Shown: one piece after another, positions 10,758 through 22,600 of the stretch
Position numbering within the stretch: position 1 is the first letter of the stretch
Layout: the number at the start of each line of letters is the position of its first letter
Assembly: GCA_000165345.1 (NCBI GenBank)
Contig: CM000433.1
Span: forward strand, 768,001-832,000
Direction of reading: 5' to 3'
DNA: 64,000 bases
The notes under the pieces: generated by a model
Told to the model about the DNA's origin: nothing
Seen by the model: only the letters and a program-made list of their open reading frames with translations
The model's database searches: none
Translations under genes and position numbers: made by a program

Positions 10758-10937
10758 ATCAATACAGTTACAAAAATTATTTTTTTCTGTAACTTCATTT
10801 ATCAATTTTTCAAATTCAGCAAAGTGTAAGCCAATAAATAAATTCAATAAAAAATGAACGACAGGGAAATATAGTTTCTGATTATATCTTATTTTAAATC
10901 GTACTCACACAATAAATGCAGCTCCAAAATCAAGGAA

Positions 10938-11091
10938 GGGGGGAGAGTGGGGGGTATACTGGAGGTAATTTAAAAAGGCCAGGTCTCTTTGCATAAATAA
11001 TAATCATAGATAACTGGATAAAAATTCTCCATTACACTTATGTTTTTTGTTTTGCATGCAAATTATTGTCACTTATACCCCACACCCTCTC
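10938..11091. repeat. G-rich imperfect inverted repeat (arms 10938-10959 and 11073-11091)
   Basis: Arm 1 is GGGGGGAGAGTGGGGGGTATAC. Arm 2 is TTATACCCCACACCCTCTC, close to the reverse complement of arm 1. The spacer is about 113 nt and contains TTGCATGCAA. Confidence 0.4.
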
Positions 11092-11413
11092 AAACATAAC
11101 TTTAAAATTTAAACTTTATGTGCGCCAGGGTTGGCAAATATTATCGCGCGTCTTGTCTCCCCAATATATATATTATACAGGGGGTTGATCACAAGAATAA
11201 ACGAAAGAGGTTACACAGCGTTTATGTTAGAAGAACAGGACGTAAATGTAATAAATTTCGTGAAGTAGTTGCTTTGCAAGTTGTATTCCGATTATAGTAA
11301 GGGTAAATAGGTAAATTTGCTTTACAAAAGAATATATTAATAAGTGAGGACAAGCTAATATTTAGTGAGAAAAAAAAGCTCAATAAATAACTGAAGAATA
11401 TTTGAATTGAAGG

Positions 11414-13255
11414 ATGATAAAACTACTTATTTCTATTTTCTTAGTCACTCCAGGGCTGGTAGTTAAAGGGGAACAATTAATTAGGTGCGACTCAAGCCCA
11501 ATGAACCTTTGTGGTTCAGATTTAGTGATTTACAAATCTGAATGTGATTTTTTGGCTTCAAAGGCTAGGTTAAGCGACTTGACTATTCTTGATTTAACTG
11601 ATTGTGTTAATGGTAATTTTAGTGAGTTAAATGTTACAGAGAGTAGTTCAAACTTAGATAATAGGTCATTAAGAGGGAGCAGCATATCAAAGAAAGATTC
11701 AGATAAAACTTCTGAAAATGTAACTTTATCACTGAAAAATGATACAGAAATGAATTTACCTGATTTAATGGATGATAATAACGAAAATATAGTTAACAAT
11801 TATACATTTGTTAATGGTTCTACTTCAGATGGAAAACATCTACAAGACATATCACTGACAGATTCTATATACAATAGTGGAGATAATATATTAAATGCAT
11901 TTTACATGGGCAAACATAGTCCAATTTTTCAAAATATTAACAAGTATAATGTGAAAATGATTAATGTTATCGTAGAGAATTTTGATATTTCTACATTTAT
12001 TTTATCAAATGGTAAATATAATCTTTCAAGATTTTCAATGCTAGTCTTAGAGTCTGTTATTAAGATATTGAAAAACCAAAGGTCGAAGATAGATAATTAT
12101 TTGTCTCGATTAAAAAGTACAAAGTTAGAAAGCACGGATAGTGATAATGCAACATATCCTTATAAAGTTGTGGATAGAAGAAACGATTCAAGTATAATTG
12201 GCCAGGAAGAATACGATGGTTTGAACGTGACATTCAAGTTTTCCAACTCAAGCAATGCAAATAGTTTCTTAGATTCACAAATATTAACAGATTTAGCACT
12301 TAAATATTCAAGCAAGGTTAATGTTAGTAGTATTGATAATAACCATAAAAAAGCTATTAGTAATAGATTACTGGTTGCTTCAGAAAATGATTATGCTCCT
12401 ATTAAAGAAATTGACTCCAATTTAACCGATAGCCACTTTGTTGTTGATAATTGCGAAGTAAATATTCCACCTTATCAAGGAGCTCAGTTGGTTCCCAATT
12501 TCCATTGTATCTTCCCCCAAAACTCTACAGGTAATAATTTTGAAGTTGCTTGCAATAATATTCTTAGTTTGGCCCAAATAGCCATTATGAACACATTTGG
12601 AAATAATTCAAATTTAAATCTGATTCCATACAAAGTGTTAAATCCAATCATGAACGTAACTAGTTTATCAGAAGGTAATATCAGAATTTTGTCGAGCAAT
12701 CAATCTTGGGAGGGTGAAAGTCAGGAGAAATTTGTTCTGGATTTCTTTGATTTATTATTATCCCCATTGAATTTTACAAATGAGATAATGGACCTCGAAA
12801 TTGGTGAGATCTTTGTGAACTTTGATTTTAGTCTCTTATCTAATGGTGACTTTATTGACTCTTCGGTCTCAAATGTCAATGATACCACCAATTTGGAAGA
12901 AATAGATGAGATTTTTAAGTTAGACTCTATTTTAAAGGATTTAAATTTAATTCTGAAATCGAATAACACAGATAACTCTACGTTATCAGGTTCATTGAGA
13001 ATCACAAGTGAAACATTACCAAAAATGGACTCAAATTATACAACTGATGGCATATCTAGAGATTTCCCTCCTGCATTTGATAGGGTAAGAGGACCAGATT
13101 GCGTAGTTAAATGTGATGACAATATTGACTTACATTGTGCAAACAACGGAATAGCATACAAGAACCTTTGTGAATTCAGAAATGCTCAATGCGATGATCA
13201 AGGCTTAATTTTCGTTGGCTTTGGAAAATGTTTGCCTCTGGTTATTAAAACTTAA
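11414..13255 (+). CDS. secreted N-glycosylated protein with Kazal-like domains at both ends
   Basis: Signal peptide MIKLLISIFLVTPGLVVKG. N-terminal CDSSPMNLCGSDLVIYKSEC and C-terminal C-x3-C-x7-C-x6-Y-x3-C-x6-C-x12-C (CANNGIAYKNLCEFRNAQC) fit a Kazal/follistatin pattern. There are more than 25 NxS/T sequons. No TM helix. Confidence 0.55.
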   Translation: MIKLLISIFLVTPGLVVKGEQLIRCDSSPMNLCGSDLVIYKSECDFLASKARLSDLTILDLTDCVNGNFSELNVTESSSNLDNRSLRGSSISKKDSDKTSENVTLSLKNDTEMNLPDLMDDNNENIVNNYTFVNGSTSDGKHLQDISLTDSIYNSGDNILNAFYMGKHSPIFQNINKYNVKMINVIVENFDISTFILSNGKYNLSRFSMLVLESVIKILKNQRSKIDNYLSRLKSTKLESTDSDNATYPYKVVDRRNDSSIIGQEEYDGLNVTFKFSNSSNANSFLDSQILTDLALKYSSKVNVSSIDNNHKKAISNRLLVASENDYAPIKEIDSNLTDSHFVVDNCEVNIPPYQGAQLVPNFHCIFPQNSTGNNFEVACNNILSLAQIAIMNTFGNNSNLNLIPYKVLNPIMNVTSLSEGNIRILSSNQSWEGESQEKFVLDFFDLLLSPLNFTNEIMDLEIGEIFVNFDFSLLSNGDFIDSSVSNVNDTTNLEEIDEIFKLDSILKDLNLILKSNNTDNSTLSGSLRITSETLPKMDSNYTTDGISRDFPPAFDRVRGPDCVVKCDDNIDLHCANNGIAYKNLCEFRNAQCDDQGLIFVGFGKCLPLVIKT

Positions 13256-13483
13256 TAATTAGGCTATGATATAATAATGAATGTTTAATGAAGGCTGGAG
13301 TAATTAGATACTATTAATCATTTCATTATTTCAAATTCAAAGCGAGGTAAAGCTCGTAATTTAGTAATTAAAAACATCCTAGAGTCTCCTTAATTTTGTG
13401 TTTACATTTTTTATTTATTGTTTATCTAATTCTTTGTTCCCCTGTAATTTAAATTGATAAATGCAAATTTTGTAAGACTTTTA

Positions 13484-13494
13484 TCCCGCCCATA
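13484..13494. promoter_or_regulatory. E2F-like ATCCCGCCCAT
   Basis: About 200 nt upstream of the 11-kb ORF. Confidence 0.3.
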
Positions 13495-13690
13495 ATTTCC
13501 TGATCTGTCCGTGACAATTAGGAATTATGAAGAAAAATTAATGAAAAAAATAATGTAATTTGAGAAAAAACAAGCAAAATAATGATTAAGAATATTTGAT
13601 AGGTGGATTAATGTTTAGGAAAGGCTTTAGTTTAAGTCAATTGATTTCTAAATACCTCTGAAAATATGGTTAATTGATTGTAGATTTAAA

Positions 13691-16600
13691 ATGAGTTTAA
13701 ATCATACGGAAGTTTGTATTTTTTCACAAAAAGCTAATATAGTTTATATGAAGTTGCTAAAAGTAGCCCTGAAACCATCAATATTTATGTTAGATTTAGA
13801 TAAAGAAGATGATAGCGATGATTTTAAGGATTTCTTTTTGGAACTTTACTTCAAAAGACTCAATATTAACAAGAAAGGAGATTGTGAAGTAAACTTAACC
13901 CGGGATGTAAAAAATTCAATGATTCCTTCTTCGAAAATTTTTTATTTGATTTATAAAAAAAGCGATCCACATGATTTTTTTGCATGCAGCCATGCAGATA
14001 AAATAATTTCATTCAATACCGGCGTGTCCACATTACTAAGAAATGTGTGCAAATACATGCATTTGGTATTTGTTTTGGATTTAGGGTCATTACTATGGTT
14101 CTCAGAATTATTTGATGATATAGAACAGTTGGGGGTGTATTTAGATGAATTTTTGTTAAGTTTAGAAAATATATTAAATGGTGTTTCAAGATTATCTGAG
14201 TATTTAAAGTATCTACAAGAAGATGTAGAAGTGAGATTTTCCGTTTTTTTGTTTGGGTTGAATCAAGAGGAATCTTGTTTTAAACTGATATTTTATGAAA
14301 TTCCACTAATTTCTTGGATTTCTGAAACAGAACTTTTTATTGAAAACTTGCAAAAAGAGATTCAGCAAATATTAAAGACTCATTTGGAATTCAAGGAAGG
14401 TATACCAAACTTTCCAAGGAACTTGTGGAGTATTGAGATTCTTGCATTATTGAATTCGTTTTCATCTTCTTTCGTTCATTCACTAATTGTTATTACAACG
14501 GGAGTAATATCTTCCAGACTTTTTTCTAAAGAAAATTCTTCATCATTAGTTTGCAAGAATAGTTACTTATTACATCACTGTTATTCAAATGATATTCAAG
14601 TTCATTTTTTGGTTATTAACAAGTTTAATATAGACCTGGAAGAATCAGAAATTGGATTGAATCCTTCATTAGACACTTTGGAGTTTGTTGCAGCAACTTG
14701 TAATTCAACTTTAACAGTAACTGAGTTTGGAGTAAATGAACAAGATGCGAGGAAGATAGCTATTGATTTGTTACTCAGACCGGATATTTATAATATTCCT
14801 TCGGATATTGTATCAGAAGTTAAAAATGAATTTAATAATTTGACGGAGATTTATGGCTACAAAGTAAGTCAAAAATTATCTCTGATTGAGATTTTATTAA
14901 ATAAATTAAGAAACAGTTTTAATTTTGTTGGAGAAACAATAATTGAGGTTCCCTTAATTTTATATTCAAAATTTCACAAGCTGATTGAAATTATTTGCGT
15001 AATTGAGAATTATAAAGATATTCAAGATAATCATTGTTCAGGATTTTGGTACATCAAATTCTATATCAAAAATCTGGGGAATGTTATTTCTACTTCTGAT
15101 GAATTTTCTTTATTAAAAAAATTACTAGAGTCTAAAGAAGAGATTAAAAAGCCCAAGTCATTTAATAAACCTAATAGATTGACTTATTTTCTTTACTCTT
15201 TTATACTCAAAATCCGTCAATTGGATACTTGGATGGAGAATTTGGTTGAAAATTATTCAAAAACTAAAGACCCTCCAGCTTTTCCAAGTGGTTTGAATAG
15301 CTTATTTCTCCCAAGTATTATTCGGCATAAGATTGACTTAGTTTTGGAGAGCGATCAAAGTTTACTCAAGGAGGGAGTTTTTGATGGTTTTAAGGGTTCT
15401 TGGGAACTTTTACAAGATAAATTGGTAGAAATGGGATTTAAAGCTTTTATATTAGAAAATCAACAGTTTGAGTATGACTTTCCAATAATAGAAAAGGATA
15501 AAATCTTAATATATTATAATTTGTTTCCAAAGATGAATACTAGTGAAATCGAGTTCAAGTGTGAAGATCATGGAATCTTGAGAATTTTAAGATCCTGGGC
15601 AAAAACTGATTCTTTACTGGAAAATCTTAACTCAAATGGGTCTGAAAAAGCCAACAACTTTATGGCAATTTGGTTGGATGCCCAGAGAATCATTATTAAA
15701 ACACCTGATCATGAAAAAAGTAATAGTGAAGAAATAGAAAGCCAATCTTCATTAGTAATTTTTAATATCCTATATTATGGGTTTAGCCCAGAATATTGCC
15801 AGGAATATACAAAGTGGTTTAAAGAAAAAATTATTAAGTACGGAATTGATTCTGATGAGGCCGACTTAAGTCTTTTAAGATTTTCACTAGTAACAAATAA
15901 TTTCTATGAAAGCGTTATAAATGGAGAAAGATGTTTGGAAAAGTCATGGAGCTATGTGCTTTGGAGTGAAAAGGTAAATTATAGCTATCAAGAACAAGAA
16001 CCAATGGATTTGAATGGAAGAGTCATAATAAATATATCAAATTCTAGATATTTGGATGGGTGGATCTTGCTTAATAGAAGAAATGACAAATATCAATTAA
16101 GCTCAACCTGGTACAAAGTCCGTGATTTCCAAATCAGAAACAATTTCAAGTTAAAGGTAGTATTTATTTATGATCTTAAATTTCAATTTGGAAACAATAC
16201 AAATAGTAGTAGGCTAATATGCAGAATTTTAATGTCAAGTTCTATTGGAAAAACTGATATTATTAATGAAACCTATGGAGAATACTTTTCATTTAATAAA
16301 TTCGCAGAAAAAATTCATTTTCAAGACAATAAAATAATACAAACAATCTCATTAATAGATTATTTGTATACTTCAAGCCATTTAAGGAAGAATATTGTAT
16401 ACCTTAGAAATAATAATGATGAAGAGGTAAACGAAAAAAGTAAAGGAGAAAATAATTCTGAAATAAAGTCTGAAAGCTTTCATCAAAATCTATGCAAGAG
16501 TAAATTTGGAGCAGTAAACTCTAATTATTACAATATCATTTTTAGTGGCCTTACAAATTCGAAAGAATTTAATAAATACAAGAGAATAATCCAAAGTAAA

Positions 16601-19600
16601 TCATTTTATGGAAATGATAATAAAATTTCATTATCAATTCGAGAAATTTCAAATCTTTTTCTCACATTTAATAATAATGAAATTAAGTTAGATTCAGATG
16701 ATAAAGATACATTCAAGCTAGTTTTACCATTTAATTTAGGAAACGGCAACTATAAAGATGCTGAACAGGAATTGGATAAAGAATTTATCAATAAATTTAA
16801 ACCTTTCTGTTTTATAGAGATACCTCTAATTAACGCAGGAAATTTATTTACTTCTCAGCTTAATTCCAATAGTAGAAAGAAGAATTCTGACATTGAAGCA
16901 AGAAGAAAGTATTTGGAGGGCGCATCAGAAAGTTCATTTGAGAAGTTTCTTTATAAGATGTCAAAGATCACAGATAGATCCGTTAGAGTAGATGAAAATG
17001 AGTGGTATACAATATTGTTTATAGATGAAAGTGACTTAGATGGAAAGTTTGAGGACGAGGAAAGTTTGACAATTAATGAAGATTTAAAACCTATTCCTGG
17101 TGATAAAAAAGAAGAAATGAACAATGAAAATTCAATAAGAAAGTTATATACTAATCAGATCTATGATTATATGATAATTACTCATATTAGGCTTCACAGG
17201 TCTAGCTATAATGTACCAACAAGTTCAGTATTAGGAGTTTATCTATGCTCATATTATAATATTAGCTATGGAATAACTGGGAAAAAGAACAATATTGAAT
17301 TAGGAATTAACGAAAAAAATAAGCTTAATAAGGTAAGACAATTCGTGGAATTATATATTTTAAGAGTAAAAGAAATTTGGGATTCTATTAAATTTAATAT
17401 GATTTCCCAATACTATCTATTAGGGATACCAATTTGTTCTAAAGATATTGCAAGGATACAAAATGAAAATGAATTCAATGAAGAGAAGACTCAACCACCT
17501 TCTTCCATTGGCGGATTAAATAAGAGTTTAATAGAAGATCCCATATCAGTTCGTGGAATTGACCTTGATTTAGATCCAGAATTTGACTTCATTAAAGAAG
17601 ATAATACACATCAAGAGAATTTTCAAAGCTTATTATATGGATTAAGCTCTAATCAGGAACATCTTTCAGAAAAGGGAACATATTCTGATCCAGATACTTG
17701 CTCAGATATAGCTTTTGATGCAAATGAATATAATGAAGTTAGAAGAGAAGTTTGTAAGTATCTTAAATGCAATATATTCAGATTTAAGCTTAGCCTTTCA
17801 AGCTTTAAAATAGTTTTATCTCGAAAATTTACAAAAAATGTGGAATTGGACAAAGGTTTGGATGAATTGGATGAATTAGCAAATTTTATTGGAGAAGAAC
17901 TTGAAAGTCGTATGAAAAATGCATTGAGAGTGAAATTGGTTCATTTTGATTGTCAAGATTTAAATTGTTTTTTAGTTTTCTGTGGAGTACTTGATTTGTG
18001 TAAAGGGAGTACTAAGAATATTTTAGTAACTGTTTCATTAATGAAAAACGAGCAAAATTTAGGAATTTCTTACCTTGAACTAGCCAAATTTTGGACAAGA
18101 TTTAAGAATACAAGTTTTAACCCTACCTGGTTTCACTGCTTGGTTTGGAAGAGTTTAACAGAAAGAGACAATTTAGAACTTAAAGTGACTGTATTCACAT
18201 CCATTGATAAGAAGTACATTAGAGTCAACAGAATAAATACTGAGCTTTGGTCAATTATTAAGTTAGAAAAAGAAGTCTTCGTTTCAAAATTAAGAAGTGT
18301 AATTTCATCTTGGATGACTGATATGACCATGGAGCTTTCTTTCATACATGGAAATGAAATTTCTGGGGATATTAATGATGAATCATATAGAATGAGTCTT
18401 TTTGCTTGCTTTGGAAGAGATTTATTATTGGAATGTTTACAAGGAGTTAAAGAGAAAATTTGGAATGATGGGGATGAGATATTTTCAGGAGAGTCATTTG
18501 AGAAAGGCGAACTCGTATCTTCTGGATCACTCATTTTTAGAAGAGACATTCAGCTTCCTTTGATCAAACCTACTACTAAATTTGAAAATTATATTGCAGT
18601 AATTAATTTACTTTCATCTCAAGCTGATTATATTCCAATCAAAAGAAAACCACAATTAGTCTTAATATGGCATGGATCTAAGTTTCCAACTGAGAGTTTA
18701 TCAATCAGAAATCCAAGCTTAAAATGCAAGCTCAGAAGAGGCCTTATTAACAGGTTAATTGAGCATACTAGAGTACTTGCTGAGATCTCTAACCCTGATG
18801 AATTGATAAGTAATGAATTGGTACTTAAACTTGCTTTAAAGATTTATTTCCCATCTTCAATTATTACTGGAATGAGTATTGCTTCACAAAATAAATTTAG
18901 ATGCAGATTATGTGATTTTTATATAGATCTAAATGGCTTACGTGAATCTATTAATTTCCTTTTTTCAGCAATGCAAAGCAGATTCATTAGTATTTGGAAG
19001 GAAGCAACATGTGATTTCTTATTACAAAATGTCACTATTTCAAAGATGGTTAGTTATCTGATGGTACCTAAATTTGTTTCATCTGATTATTCAAGCTTGA
19101 GATTAGAAATTGATAAAAGAAAACCAGAAATCTCAATTTTAGATTCAAATGATCAAGAAGAAATTTTTGGACAAATTTCAATTACGTCAGAATGGCTATA
19201 CGAAGTTCCTTTTGAAATTTCTCCAGCAAGATTTAGAAGAATGAAAAAAAATAGTCTTAATAATTTGCTTAAAAGAAAGTTGGATCCTGATTATTACGAA
19301 AATCCTGGAGAAGTAATTCTATGGGATGGTAGAATTGTTAAAGTACCTAATTATATATTTTGGTTAAAAAAACATGAGGAAGTGTTTATTGAAATTCCAT
19401 CTGAACTTTATGATGCTCCATTAATTGATATTTTGTTTGGAGGAGGAAACTTGGATATTTCAAGTATTGATAAATATAGCAAAGAACTATCTTCAATTGA
19501 AAAAAATTTATTCGGAAATTCTGATTTTGGAAAGGAGCTTAATAAAGCTTCTGAGCTTCGATTTTCGAAAGAAATAGAATTTATTTCATTAATATATCCA

Positions 19601-22600
19601 AAAGGATGGTTATTATACTCTGAAGATGCAACTACTTCAACCAATACACTTGGAACTGGATCAATATTTCTAATTAAACCAGATTATCTTTTTATTGATA
19701 TTAAAAACAAGGATTTGAAATTACAAAGAAAAAGAAGAAAAGATTTTATTAATCAAAATGAGTCATACCAAAGTTATTCTGTAGAACTTTCTCTTTCAAA
19801 TTTAAATGTTACAAAACCTAAATCCAAAATTGGGATTTCTCTTTCTTTCTTTGGAAAAAGAAAGCCTTCAAAGAGTACAAAATTATACTTTTATAGAGAA
19901 TTAAAGTTTACATTGCAGAGATTAATTTCTAATTGGAACAATAACCTCAACACTATAGTTCTTTCTAAAACAGTTCGTGAGAGACAAGTTGGAGAAATAT
20001 ATTGGAACTCAAAGAATGAATTAAACAGTGATAGTAATCAAAAGGTGGAGATGCCTTGTCATCTAACTTTAATCTTGAAATTAAGCAAAGTATACCATAA
20101 TTTTGTTGTTGCTTCAGTTTGGAATATGGTTAAACATAGTAATATTATTTTAAAAAGTGGGGATTTGTTTGCAATACTGGCAAGTATATTAACATATTAC
20201 AATATCAAATATAAAGAAATTGATAGAGGAATTCGTATTTTTACTAAAAGTATTGATATTGATTCAAAATCTGAGGAATTTGAATATCAAATTGATATAT
20301 CAGTATTTTCAGGAATTAATGGTAGGATCTTAGATATTTCGGATCCATGGGCTGCAGGAAATAAGCTTGGTCAAGATCCCTATTTAAATTTAGAAAAATA
20401 TATTAATGACTGTCTACTTCCAGTTTTTGAAGATGAAATACAACAGTCTACAAATCCATATTGGGACTTTAATACAGTCTTTGAATTTGTATTCTTTAAT
20501 AAAAATAATCAGTTTGATAATATTAATAATTGTAATATAAATGAAACCATTTCTTGGAATCTAATAAGAGATTCAAATGGTAAATTAATACAGATACAAA
20601 GAAACTTACCAATACACATCATTCCAGAAAATAACTCAAATGAAACAAAAAAGCAAAAATCTCCTCACTCATTTATCCAAACAAGTTCTCGGTACGAATC
20701 TGATAATATGGAATTACCAATATATTTAATGCCATGTATTTATTTGGGAGCAGATGTATTCTATAAAGGAAAACTAATCTATTTGGATGAGAGACTAGAA
20801 ACTAATGAAATGACTAAGCATAAAGCAAATGGTGTAAGTTTGTTTATTAATTCACTTTTGAATTTAATGTTTATGGAACTATTGATTAAGCTAAAGCTTG
20901 CAACTAACGATAATTGGGTTCTAAAAGATAACTTACAGTTTTCCAAGAAAGAATCGAATATTCAAACAAATGATAATTTAGATGATTGTTCATTAATTGT
21001 TAGTAATAGTTATGCTGAAGCTCATGGAGTAACTATTAGAGATATACATAAATATAGAGATAATATCCAAAACTTTTTTCAGGCAATAATTAATAATAGA
21101 AATAATATTGAAAGATTCTTACCTTTAAAGCCAGCACCTAAACATAACACAATCTTAGAAATTTATCCAATACCAAGTTTAATTCTACAAGATATTAATG
21201 GAGAAAAAGATGAGACTCAAATTTATTTTCCTTCTTGGAGTGTAGCTGAATTTATTAAAACATTAAGAGATGAAATTATGCTCATTCAAAATAATAAAAC
21301 TAACTTATCAGAAAAAAGGAATATAAAGACTGTCATTTCTGGATATACTTGCATAATTCATGATAATAAAGAAATTGATATAGAAGAAAAGGTACTGAAA
21401 AAAGAAGATGGAATTTCATTATCTAATAATTCTTCAATTCATATCAAATTTCCTATTAGAGGAAGCCAATCATTTAAAAATGCTGATGTTGGAGAATGTG
21501 GATGGCATGTTTTGAAATATAAATCTCAAATAAAATACTTGAATTATTTATGTAATCAAACAGATTTGAACATTAACAATTGGGTGGATTCATTATATGT
21601 AATGAATAATATCTCTCCTAATATTAATAATTCGATTGGGAACAAAAATGATTTAGACTTTAACGAAATTTATGGTTCATTTTTTAATATTTCTGGTGGA
21701 AAAGAAAGACCATGTATAATAGTAAATATTCATTCAGGTAATGAAACTGAAATTGAATGTTTGATCATTCTTGAGCTTACTCCTAGTGGAATATTGATTG
21801 CATGTTGGAATGCTCCTGTTTTAATTATAAGCAGGCTTCAGAAAATGATTAAGGGATTTGTATTTGAAAGTTGTATCAAAATAATTTGGTCATTACAGTT
21901 ATCAATTTGGTACAAATATAATGTCATTTATAGAAAGCACATTTTTGTATTGGATTTGTCAAAATTTCATTTAGATTTTAAGCAAGATTCCAGTATTAAT
22001 AATAATGAATCATCAGGGTTTTCTATGATTAATAATAACTATTATCCGAGAATATGTGAGATTACCACAGATATTATTTCATATATTTGGAAGAATCAAT
22101 ATTTCAATACAAATTTGAAATGGAGTCATACTGAAGATTTGTATAAAAAGGAGCTTATGATTGAATGCAAAATTAATAGATTAAAGTTGGAGGATGTTGT
22201 AATTCCAAATATTATAATGGGAAAGATATTAGATTTGAAATTTGAAGACTTATTTGATAGAAATAATAATAAGGAATTTAATTGGTTCATTCCTTCTATC
22301 ATTAACAAAATAAGAATTTTAAATTCTGATAATTTAATGAAAAGGTGGAATAATTACTTCTTTAAATATAAATTATGGTTATTTGTTAATCAATTTTTGA
22401 TTGAATGTTTTGCAATTAAAAGTTTAAGACAAGAAATTTCTACAAAAATATTTTCAAAGAATATAATTCTTCAAGTTAGTAAAAGTAATATGATCTTTAA
22501 ATATCAACAGATTATTAATTTCTTAAAGAAGAGAGTTGAGACTTATAATATTGATTATTCAAAATATTATAAAACTTATAAAATTAATTGTCAAGAGAAA

